DNA of 42,293 nt from Asterionella formosa (lineage: Eukaryota): contig NKIB01014596.1 of the NCBI GenBank assembly GCA_002256025.1, forward strand, positions 1 to 42,293, read 5' to 3'. The translations under genes and the position numbers were made by a program. The notes under the pieces were generated by a model, which saw only the letters and a list, made by a program, of their open reading frames with translations, ran no database searches and was not told where the DNA came from. Shown here in pieces: positions 25,370 through 35,904 of the stretch (positions are counted from its first letter, which is position 1; every line of letters begins with the position of its first letter).

Positions 25370-26017
25370 CCGTATACTTCATTGTCCTGGACCCCCCAAT
25401 GTACACTGCCGTGACTGAATTTGACTGATTTTACTTAAGGGGGGCCCAGGACAATGAAGAGATTTCCCTTATAATGGACCTAAGTAAATTTCTTTAGTTC
25501 TAGAGGATAGCGCAAATTTTTCTAAGATGTATTAATATGACAATTATTTCCGTCTTTTCAAAAATGAGAGAGTTCTTCACCTCGCAAGAAAAACGCGACT
25601 TCATGTTGTTATCGGCGATCTCAATTTTCGTTGTCATTATTAGTGTTATTACTTTACTTCTTTTACGATTGTATTTTCCATGTCGTTCTTAATACAGGTA
25701 GCAAGTATCAAAGCGTCGTTCTCTATTTTCGTGGAGATAATTCGTATTTTCGTCATGGTCAAGGTTGCGACAACATCATGAAGGATTCTCCAGCTGCTCA
25801 CAGCCACTACCTGTCGTCTCTTGTGTTTTGTATGTACAAAAGAATCGCAAAATGGTAGCTAAAAATTTACATACTAGTGCCTACGAGGACAAAAAGAATT
25901 ATGGCACATTACTTTGTCTATGACAAGAAAATTATTGGGTGTTTGGTTCCACCTCGAGAAAAATGTACAGGGGGGTCCAGCAACCATAGGGGGGGTCCAG
26001 GACAGTGAAGTATACGG
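25370..26017. mobile_element. 648-bp non-autonomous pogo/Tc1-mariner-type element (MITE)
   Basis: 28-bp TIR CCGTATACTTCA(T/C)TGTCCTGGACCCCCC with one mismatch, and TA target duplication at 25368-69 and 26018-19. Internal TIR sub-copies lie at ~25439-25460 and ~25970-25980. Confidence 0.93.
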
Positions 26018-26480
26018 TACTCCATTTACACTACACACTACACGAACTAGACAAAAAAATGTAGATGATTTCTCCCACAGATTTGAAATGCTGGGTTAAT
26101 GTTAGTCTAGGCAGTTGACTACCGGTAGATCCATCACATAATGCATTTGTAGACAATAAGGGCCATTCTTCACCTTAAAAGTCCATGTAAACTTATTTTC
26201 AAAAATTGATATTGTTCAGGATACAACAACTGATGTCAGCCATAATTTCTTTCTTGATGGTGCATGAAGCAGTGTTGGGTGGATTCACAATGTCAAGGCA
26301 CCCAAATGCAAACAGAAGAAGCTAAGCTAGTACTTTCACAGCGATCCAACTACTGGTAGCACTGGTAAGCACCCTCTCTCACCATCAAGGGTGATGTATA
26401 TTAACAGCTACATGAGTCCATTTCAGCAACACTGAAGCAACACAATATATAATATTCTACAAGCAGGTGAAATACTAAAC

Positions 26481-26803
26481 ACAAGAATTGACAAGAAACT
26501 CATGGAGATAGACCTAAATGACCGAAATCCAACCAACAGCATCATTAAATAGAGAAAGGCTTTTGACAATGTCCACACATCCAAATCAGATCCAAACAGA
26601 CCGTTTCTGTCCAACCTTACCTACACAGTATAAAACACGTTAAAAGCAGATGAAAAGAAACAAAAGAATTTGTCAAGCAACTCATGGAGATAGACCTTCA
26701 TGACCAAAATCCACCCAACAGCATCATTCAACTGAGTAAGGCTTTGCTGATGTCCATGCATCCAAATCAGATCCAAAAAGACGGTTTCCATCCCACCATA
26801 CCT
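26481..26803 (+). repeat. Degenerate tandem duplication with ~181-bp period in probable decayed TE sequence
   Basis: AACTCATGGAGATAGACCT, CCAACAGCATCATT and CATCCAAATCAGATCCAAA each occur twice at the same spacing. Confidence 0.85.
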
Positions 26804-27164
26804 ACTCAGGACATTCTGAACAATGGCATTCAAACAAAAGGCAAAAACAGTTTCCAGTGAAGCATACATGGCGACATGAAAAACAAAAAGGACTCCAAGA
26901 AGAGGATATTGGATCAATGCGTCCAAAATCTTTGTTAATTTGAAAACTCTCATGAGAGGGAGTGATCACCAAACCTCACCACCCCACCCTGTATGGGCCA
27001 GGGAGCGCAATGACGATGAATCTAGACAAAGACTAGTAAAAAAAGCTATTTTTTTTCTAAAAATGATTAACTAACACTGTTGGTATGGATGCAATTCATG
27101 GTGACAACAACACAAGGAGAAAGAAATCAAGAGACAAACCTACAGCACTTTAAGCCATCATTGC

Positions 27165-28672
27165 CTACTGTTCTGGTTCTACACTTGCCGTCGCTTTTAC
27201 TGCCTCATCTTGATCAATTGTATCTTTTCTCAGGAGCCCGAGGGAGTTGTATGCAGTCCAGGGAACTTCAGCAGTAACCCCCAAGCGAATCCATTGTGTC
27301 ACAATTTTCTTCTCACCTTCAACAACAGGACAGCCTGAATGTTCTGTGAATCCGCTGTCCATGATTTTCGTTTCAGGATTGATGTACGAGAAAAAAATTG
27401 CGTTCCCCTTTATAGGATGCACATGAAGTCCAGAATTTCTGAAGTTCGTTGCCCCACCCTTGGTAGGAATCGTGCAGTACATAACCATGGTTGCCATTCT
27501 ATTTCCATATTTGTGAGGATCACCGGTACATTCGCCATCGCAGTGAGGCATGTATTGATCTGGTTTAGTTTCATTTTCTCCACGTCCAAAATACTGAATG
27601 CTCATCAAGTCTTCTTGTCCAATTTCGCTGATATTCAAGTTTAAAACAAAGTTCGTGTAGTCGTAGACTCGTCGCGAAATGGCGGCAATATGATTTCCAT
27701 CTGCTTCCTTCTCCCATGGTACTTTAATTCCAGCTTGCATGGCCTTGCGGTTCTCGCTGAGTTTGTGTTCTCCTGCGCCATCTGCCACCACGGCACGATG
27801 CAACGTAGGCGCTGCCTCCTCTTCCATGGCCAGACATTCCTCTTCGGTAATGAAATTTTTCACCACGTGAATACGAGACGCGGGTCGATCATGCATGATT
27901 TCAACGTCCAATGTGATTTGTCGCTTACTGTCGAACCACGTTGTCAGTTCCTCGGGTTCAGAGGTGGGAAGGTCAAAGTCTGCACACGTGTAATTCTCGT
28001 AATACTCTCCCATTTTTTTTCGGGTTGCAGCACTAAAGGCAATTTCGTCAGCAACAAAAGAAAGTTGATAAGCGATTTCTTTTTCCATGCATCCAGCGAG
28101 TTCAGCCAGAATTGCTTCGGCAACGGCATCTGTGTTTTGAAGGTTCTGCTTAGCAAGTGCAGCGCAGTCCTCCAGTAGACTACTTGCGTCCTTTCGTGCA
28201 GTCGTCTTGTGATCCTCGTGGATAATTTTGAAGTTTTTGTTAATGGTAAGAACTGGAAGGTAAATCATATACTGTTAGCTACAGAGGCTACACTCGTAAA
28301 GCGGAACGTTGAGGAATGTATGGTATACCACAGCTTGAATTCGTAAAGCTCACCTTGATCTAAATTGTCGCTAACAATGAAATACTCGACCCTGCACTTT
28401 CCAGGAGTCACGCATTCCCCAGTACTCTTCGAAGGCAGCTCTTTCACTTCGAATTTGTGAGTGACAAACGATTTCAGATCAAAATCAGCTCCAGAAACAA
28501 TATCAGGCGTAGACATCAAGTGGAGCGATCCGTCATCAGGACTAACCCAGCTCACTGAAGCGCGTCTACCACACTCATTTCGGATGGTAATGGGTCGTGG
28601 TATTTGGACAGACGAAACTATTTTGAGGAAGAGGAGGACAAGCAGGGTCCTCAGTGCACTTGCTATCGCCAT
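27165..28672 (-). CDS. Secreted/ER prolyl 4-hydroxylase-like 2OG-Fe(II) oxygenase with N-terminal VHL-beta-like domain (paralog 1), 2 exons (28672-28354, 28252-27165)
   Basis: Signal peptide, then NFITEEEC, YMPHCD (HxD), RMATMVMY, GGATNF and EHSGCPVVEGEKKIVTQWIR (distal His and 2OG-binding Lys). The 101-nt GT-AG intron keeps the frame. Confidence 0.88.
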
Positions 28673-29570
28673 GGTGGAGCTGCTGTTGACTGCAGAAATA
28701 ATGATCGGTGTTGGTTCGGATTCGCTAATAATAAAGAAGCAATGCTGTCCCATGTATTCATACCGTAGTGGGATGGTACCTGGTACCAGGTACCAGGTAC
28801 TGCCTCTGGATGAAAATAATTGAGTTGAATCGCGGGCACCACTTGCTCACATATGAAGGATTACGTAGGCAAAATAACAACTTTCTACGTGAGGATTGGC
28901 TTACTCGAAAAATGCGTTTGTTATTAGTTTCTTAGACGTGAACATACCCCGCAATTATTTTCAACCACAGGGTATACCAGGTACGTGGTATCGTGTACAG
29001 AGCACGTACAGAATACCTGGGACAGTACGATAATCATGTAGAAATTAGCAGGAGAAAGGAGCCGGTAACAAATACGTTCTTTACCGGTACCTGATTGTAC
29101 CAGGTATACCGGTATTTAAAGTTACTACCAGGTACAACGGATCATGCAGCATGCAAAAAAATAAAGCAATATATACCTGCCAGATGCAGTCATTTTGCTT
29201 GAACAAACAATTTAATACCTGATAAAGGCAGCTAAATCCTCAGCTCAGCAAAATTACCGGAACTTGCGCGCTGGTACCCACCGGTAATATTTTTCTTCTG
29301 TCTCTACCAGTACCAGGTAGTACCAGGTAGGTACCATCCGGAAAGAAATCCTTTTATCTGTCACGCTTGTTTGGCTGGCTGTTTTACGGCGACACAATTG
29401 TGTTGTCGGCGAAGGAAACTGACTCACAAAATCGTTCGGTGCCACCAGGTAGAATGTTCGTGGTCCATCACCCCCTGTCACCTCAGTTTGTTGAGTGAAA
29501 AGGACAGTATGCACCCTCATCCGGTTACTACTCATTATTTTAAGCAATTCTCAATCTACAGACCATCATC

Positions 29571-30143
29571 ATGAAGATTTCTCTTCCTTTCTTGGCCTTT
29601 TTTTTCTCAGCGACCTCCGTGCAAGCGCTGTCGTCGCCCAGCCCAGCTGTCAAGGCAAACCCTGTCATAAAGGCCATGGCCACCGGCATGTCCCTATTGA
29701 AGCCACTCTTTGTCCTTGAGGCGAAACTACAAGCTGCTGTTTTGGGAAAATTGGGAGGAATAGACGAATCAGATGTAGAGGCCGAACTCGCTGCCATGGC
29801 ACAGCAAAACAAGGTCTTGATCTATACCTATGCTCTTTCTCCATTCTCCACAGAAGCAGTAAACTTGTTGGACCAAAGTGGCTATGAATACACCAAGAAA
29901 GAGCTTGGACTAGAGTGGTTCTTGTTGGGAGGAAAGGAATCTGTTGTGAGAGTGGCTCTTTCCAATCAAGTTGAGGGTGGTGCCACCAGTTTGCCCAAGA
30001 TTTTCATTGGTGGTAAGTGCATCGGAGGGTGCAAGGAGTTGGCTGATTTGGTCGATAGCGGCGAGCTCGATGCTAAAATGAAAAAGGCCAAGGCTAGATC
30101 CAAAGGTGCAAAGAAGTCAGCCTTTTTGTCTTGGAGAGAATAG
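29571..30143 (+). CDS. Glutaredoxin-like protein with SPFS in place of CxxC, signal/transit peptide
   Basis: NKVLIYTYALSPFSTEA, TSLPKIFIGGKCIGGC and DSGEL are glutaredoxin-fold hallmarks. Confidence 0.88.
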   Translation: MKISLPFLAFFFSATSVQALSSPSPAVKANPVIKAMATGMSLLKPLFVLEAKLQAAVLGKLGGIDESDVEAELAAMAQQNKVLIYTYALSPFSTEAVNLLDQSGYEYTKKELGLEWFLLGGKESVVRVALSNQVEGGATSLPKIFIGGKCIGGCKELADLVDSGELDAKMKKAKARSKGAKKSAFLSWRE

Positions 30144-30193
30144 GTCTAAGACTTGCTGAGAAATAGACTATAGGATCTAAGACTAAATTATTA

Positions 30194-30982
30194 TTACGAG
30201 AAGTGAGTTTCGTGACTGCGTTGTGCAGTATCACTGAAGTGGCCCATGTCGCCGTCTTCTCCAATTAATAATTCAGGGGGAACTCCGGGAGGGGGAATTT
30301 CAATTGGTGCTTCCTTCGGTAGGCCTTGTTCTGCACGGAGGTGATCTTCGTATATTCTCCTTCGATAACAGTTTTCAATAAATCCCAAAATGCCTTGAAT
30401 AAAGTCTTCATCTTTATCATTCTGATTTGCCCATAGACCTGGATCCATTCGTTGGTATTGATCGATAAAATCGCTACAGAACGTGTCAGCAAGCATCGAT
30501 TTCCCTGCTGCAAGTGGAATTTTCGACGCAGACTCACAAAGCTGGTCTTGAGGTGTCATGTAATACCATGTTGCACCCCCAATTACGCAAGCTACTGCCG
30601 CGTCGAGTATTGTCGAGAAAAAACCACCAACAATCCCCTCCTGAAACACGGACCGTCCATCAAGGCGACTAGTAATACGGGGCATCATGGATATGCTAGA
30701 TGTCGTAGAATTCTGAGGAAAGTCAAGGCCCTTGGCTTGCAAAGTTTTAATTGTATTGTTCATGTGGAATTTCGGCAATTTCCTCAAAAGAAGAAAGGTA
30801 AGCACGGAAGCTCCCATGGCATAGTATCGTCCTACTCCCAACACAACTTCCATGGTTTTCTGGTCCGACTTGGATGGCCGCTCGACGAGGTCTCCACGAA
30901 GATATTTGCGATGGCAAATGTCATAAAATGGCGTGAGCAGTGCTTGTGATCTGCTGCTCGCCTCTTCGTTTCCTTTTGACAT
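30194..30982 (-). CDS. Hypothetical two-TM protein, paralog of 31619-32296
   Basis: 262-aa ORF sharing IPL.AG.S...D..C.D.I..YQ.....LW and FIE.C..R...E..LR.E.G.....P..IP.PGVP with its neighbour. Confidence 0.85.
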   Translation of the reverse strand: MSKGNEEASSRSQALLTPFYDICHRKYLRGDLVERPSKSDQKTMEVVLGVGRYYAMGASVLTFLLLRKLPKFHMNNTIKTLQAKGLDFPQNSTTSSISMMPRITSRLDGRSVFQEGIVGGFFSTILDAAVACVIGGATWYYMTPQDQLCESASKIPLAAGKSMLADTFCSDFIDQYQRMDPGLWANQNDKDEDFIQGILGFIENCYRRRIYEDHLRAEQGLPKEAPIEIPPPGVPPELLIGEDGDMGHFSDTAQRSHETHFS

Positions 30983-31167
30983 GGTAACAATCAGAATGGA
31001 TCAAGCTCCGTGAGTTTGTAAGGAAGAGCAACCATGAAGAGAAAAGGACGACTATGGGAACAGTTGTATAAGCAATTGAGATGTGTGTCATCCATCCATC
31101 GACGCATTGACATAATATCTACGTTGGAAGGAGTAACGGTATACCGGTAGAATACTGTTGAAAATAT

Positions 31168-31369
31168 TATTCATATATGAATATAAAAACGAAAAAGATA
31201 TTTCGTCCCCCTCTATGCATATGATTTTTCGATAGATCGTCCCCCTAACCCTAACCCTAATCCTAGACTCTTCCTAGGTAGGATCTGACGATGATTACAT
31301 ATCATAGGAACGATATATCGAAATACATGAAGGGAGAAATATCTTTTTCCTACATCATATGCATGAATA
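31168..31369. repeat. Imperfect fold-back element with (CCCTAA)3 in the loop
   Basis: GAAAAAGATATTTC (31191-31204) pairs with GAAATATCTTTTTC (31336-31349). TTTCGATAGATCGT pairs with ACGATATATCGAAA, and TATTCAT with ATGAATA at the outer ends. CCCTAA x3 lies at 31243-31260. Confidence 0.75.
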
Positions 31370-31618
31370 GTCAAGACTAGAGGTATATATGTATCTGCCA
31401 ACCATTGCTTGTAGTACCCGTCATTCTTGAGACGACCGCCATGTTTGACGTTCGTGCATAGCGTTATCATATCATCATATCCATTTGCAATGTGACAATC
31501 CAGAAATTGACCAGCCGTTGACTTCAAGTCGTTACCCTTGTTTTGCGAATACCTACATACAACGACTTAGCTCCTCCAGTGGTCTCCTCAGCGTTGCGTT
31601 TTTAACAGAGCATATATC

Positions 31619-32296
31619 ATGCCTGAAATCTTCGCACAGTTCAAGAATAAAACGATCGACGATGAAAAAGCTGAAATGTTGGTCAAGCCACTGGTGGACT
31701 GGCTGACGCTCAAGTCCAAAAACGAAGAAATTACCAACAGCAATGCCAGCGAAGGAGAAAAGGATATCATTTATAAGGTTCTGAACAAGGGGATAGTATG
31801 GGGCTTTACTGGTGGAATCGCGTCCATGCTAGTCATCCGTTTTGGACCCAGATATCTTGCGAAAAGGCTTTTCCCCGTTTCCAATATCAGGGAGCAACTA
31901 CCACCACAGCCGGAAGTTGTGAAAGTGGGATTTTCATACTATCTAGGTGCCGCAGTTGATGCTGCGATGGGAATCATTTGGGGTGGTCTCATCTGGTACG
32001 GTACTACCCCAAGGAAGTATATATACGAACAAACAGCTGAAATTCCTCTCCTGGCGGGGAGATCACATATTTCTGATGCACTTTGTGCCGATTCTATTCG
32101 TTATTATCAAGAGTCGCCCAAGGAGCTGTGGATACGTTATGGAAAGCATCCAGATGTGTATGGTTGGCAAAAATTCATTGAAAGTTGTCAAAAAAGGCAA
32201 CATTTCGAACAGCAGCTCCGAGAAGAGTTGGGCTACGCCGAAGACCAACCAGTAGACATCCCAGAACCTGGAGTACCAAGAGAAACAATTGGATGA
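31619..32296 (+). CDS. Hypothetical two-TM protein, paralog of 30194-30982
   Basis: 225-aa ORF with the same conserved C-terminal blocks, transcribed divergently from its paralog. Confidence 0.85.
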   Translation: MPEIFAQFKNKTIDDEKAEMLVKPLVDWLTLKSKNEEITNSNASEGEKDIIYKVLNKGIVWGFTGGIASMLVIRFGPRYLAKRLFPVSNIREQLPPQPEVVKVGFSYYLGAAVDAAMGIIWGGLIWYGTTPRKYIYEQTAEIPLLAGRSHISDALCADSIRYYQESPKELWIRYGKHPDVYGWQKFIESCQKRQHFEQQLREELGYAEDQPVDIPEPGVPRETIG

Positions 32297-32499
32297 CGAC
32301 GCGTTTTACAATGTTTAGTTGAAATGATTGTCCTTCTTTCGACTGTATCTTTCAGAACTATCAAGTTCGTTTAATTTCCCATTCCCGCTCATGCAGACCA
32401 GGACGTACAAGATTTGTTTTCATTGAGAAAGGATATAATCATTAGTCCTAAAATACTATCCCCGTTAATATGCTACTTTTAAAGATAGTCTTCGTGCAC

Positions 32500-33834
32500 T
32501 TAATACCGAATCTTGTGAGTGACAATCGTTTTGTCACCTTCGATCACCGGACATCCCGAATGTTGCGTAAATCCGGTATCGGCCTTGAGGGTCAGCGGAT
32601 CAACGTACGAGTAGTAGATAGCTGATCCCTTTTGCGGCTTTATATGGATTCCCGCATTGTTAAAATGAGTACTTCCTCCAACCAATGGAGCTTCACAGTA
32701 CGCAATGACAGTGGCGACTCGGTCGCCCTTTTTGTGCTCTTCTCCGTTGCAAGCGCCATCGCAGTGAGGTTCGTACCGATCAAGCGACTCGGCATCCGCT
32801 CCCTTGCCACTGTACTTGAGCACAAAGAATTGTTCCGAGTTCAATGAAGTTGATGCTTCCAAGGAGATGCCATTCAATTGATCCCTTGCGTAACCATAAA
32901 ACCTACGTGCCAAAACAAGCAGAGGGGACATCGGAGTTTGTGGAATAGTTACACCTCCCTTGCTAGCCCACAACCCATTTGCACCGTCGATTCTCTCTAG
33001 CTTGACAGCCTTTTCTACTGCCGCACATTCCTTATCCGAAATGAAATCTAGAATCAAATGAATCTGAACATTAGGCCGGTCCATCATTACCTTGACTTGA
33101 TTCGACATTTTCTCCTCTGGGAATGTCCAAGTTCTGTTTTCAATTTCGGCCGTTTGTTTCATTTTTGGGTCCACACATGCATAATTGATCAACTTATTTC
33201 CCAGTCGAAGTCTAACAGTTTCTTGAAAGTCGATTTCTTCTTGCTTTTTCGCCATGGATGCGTTGACGCTTTCATTGATGCAGGTCAATAATTTGTGGAA
33301 ACTGTCTGTGCTGAGCGTGCTGTTAGTTGCAACGATTTGAGCTTTGCATTCCTTAAGGACTTCCGCTGCCTGGTCTTGAGCTTTAGATTTGCTGTCCGTA
33401 TGCACGATGGTGGTCAAGTTGGTTGTAAATCTGACCACTGTTGGTTCGATGGGTTCGGATTAGTGCAAGGCGCCTAGGTGAATCACGAGTCACAAGTGCC
33501 AGCTATCCCACTTACATTGGCCATCATATTCATTCACCTGAAAGTACCCTTTACGACACTCATTGTTTTCACCTTTGCAAAGGCCTGTTTTCTTGGCAGG
33601 AACTTCAACGACCTCAAACTCATGCGTGATAAAGGACTTGATAATCGTTTCCGATCCGTGAAAGACTCCATCAGGCGAATTCAGTTGTAGTTCATCGTTC
33701 TTCCAGCGATTGATCCAGTAGATGAGGACTTTGAAGCCTGCATTGTTGATCACTCGGACGTCCCGAGATGCACCCTTACCGGCAAGCGCTGATGGGACGA
33801 CGAACAATAGAAAATAGGTCGTTAAGCGCATCAT
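32500..33834 (-). CDS. Secreted/ER prolyl 4-hydroxylase-like oxygenase with N-terminal VHL-beta-like domain (paralog 2), 2 exons (33834 or 33858-33516, 33437-32500)
   Basis: Signal peptide, then DFISDKEC, YEPHCD, RVATVIAY, GGSTHF and QHSGCPVIEGDK. The 78-nt intron is at the same position and phase as in paralog 1. Confidence 0.87.
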
Positions 33835-34473
33835 TTGTTTTCCGCAATCAGTAATCATAAACTATTTGTTCATACATTGCGGCCGTGACTTTTTATTATT
33901 TTATGATGGCTGCATGCATATAGTGAGTACGGCTTCCGGTCGTATATTCTGAGCTAATAATATAGCAAAACATTGCATACGGTATACTCTTGAACATAGA
34001 AGTAGCTAGCCTGCCGGTAAATGTTGTTTGTACCACATTTTAGCGTACTATTTGTCTGGCTGACGTGCGTCCCATTACACAACGTACGCGCCAGCCCGTG
34101 GCTCGGCGACATCCTAGGGCGTTGATTTTTGAGTCGAGCCAGTCATGAATAGTGCAATGGTGTGTTCATTACACACCGGTATTCATATAACCTATGAATC
34201 TTTTTCGTTCAGTCTACCGGTAGACTAGTCATAAAAATATGTCTGTCTATGCCATTGAAGTCGCCCTCGTCGAGCTACAGTCTGTTGATGATAACTTTGT
34301 GTTCAATATAATGCATGATACAGGATTGCATGTTAGGCATGCAGGTGAAACCCTGGGAACTACCTGAGTTCCAAAAGATGCGCTTCGTTTACTACTGATG
34401 TACAGCAACATTATTAATACCAGTACTGTACTACTCCATGCCACATTTGTCGGGCATGCGCAAAAGGTTGCTA

Positions 34474-35594
34474 TTAGGCATCAATGTTCCTCATTTCTCC
34501 AGTTTTTGGATCTCGCACCCATGTTCCCGATGGACTCGATCTTGAGCTCCAGGGAGCAGGCCGCTTTTCTGCTACTGTCGTTTCTTCGTCCTCCCTATTA
34601 TTAGTTAATGGTAGTCGCTCTATTGTTGATATCTTGGGCATATCTTCATTCCAGGCGTCCCACATTCCATCCAACAAACAGTCTGTTCCATCATCGCAAC
34701 CAACAATCTCACTATCAATTTGCAATGAATAATCCGCATAACTTTCTGTCAAGTAGGTTAACATGCATTGTTCAACCTCATTGTCGTTTGCACCAGGTGA
34801 GGTGCACAGGTCCACCAAGGCCGTTTCGTGTTGTGCCATGACGGATGTACCACGGGCAATTCTTAGTTGGAGAGGCTCTTCCTGCGGTGTAGACGCCACT
34901 AATTTTTTACTATGCACATTAGAATAATAACAAAAAGGGGAAGGTATAAGAAAGGCAATTTGACTTGTAGTAAGCAATCAATCTAGCGAACAACGCAAAG
35001 GTGAAACTTACACTTGGTCAAGCCCAACACCAATTGTACTTGAGAGTTCGCCAAAGAATCCAGTTACCCCCACAACGACATCACCAACTTGCAATCCTGC
35101 TTGCTCGGCGAAGCCGCCTTCTACAACCTTTTGAGTGAATGTGTAATATACATTTTAAGCACACACAACAAGGAAAATAGTTTTGAGTTAGTTTGTTGCC
35201 ATTTCGCAGTTTCCCTCCTCCAACGCCTCTGTACCTTCAAGTGTCAAGATCCTGATGATGAACAAAAGTGAGTGCTTACCTTGGTTATGAAAATCGGCAT
35301 GGCGTCGGGATCAGCCAAAGATTCTTCGACCGTGCATCCCAAAGGTTTGTGTTGCAATAGCACAAAGTCTAAAGTCTCAAAAGAATCAAAGAGATTCTTG
35401 TTGTTGGCCCCTATGAGTTTTTCTGTGCGCTCCTCCGCCGCCACTCGAAGGGCTAGCAGGGACCGTCGGAATGCAATCGGTGCCAAACTACCGGTAGTGG
35501 TAGTAGAAGGTGTTGCTGAAGTGAATCCATAGGCTATTCTAAAAGTTCCGGCTACAGTGAGAGCAGCACTCATCAACGAGAGCAATGCCATCAT
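34474..35594 (-). CDS. Plastid-targeted PDZ-like domain protein, 3 exons (35594-35280, 35127-35012, 34909-34474)
   Basis: AYGF transit start. The spliced frame reads HKPLGCTVEESL...IFITK|VVEGGFAEQAGLQVGDVVVGV...LDQV|KKLVAS...LQLRIAR, a PDZ signature. The middle exon is missing from the ORF track. Confidence 0.82.
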
Positions 35595-35904
35595 CTTATT
35601 GGGTTGGATGAGCTAGTTGGAATGTTTTGCACGATCAAATATCAAATGATCTTCTTCTAACTGGCAGCTGAGGTGTCGTTGTAAAGTGAAAATGCCTTCT
35701 AAAAAGGGAGGCATGGGCGAGGATAAACACACCGTCGCTCGTAAAGAATATTAACATCCAAAATGTCGTGTGTAGATACCCGTACATTATGTCTGTTTCA
35801 GTACCACCACATACCACAGAGTACTGTAACAGTTCCTTTTCTACTAGATACAGATACGGTACATGATAGGTTCATGCTGTACAAGCATACCGGGTAGTCT
35901 AGAC

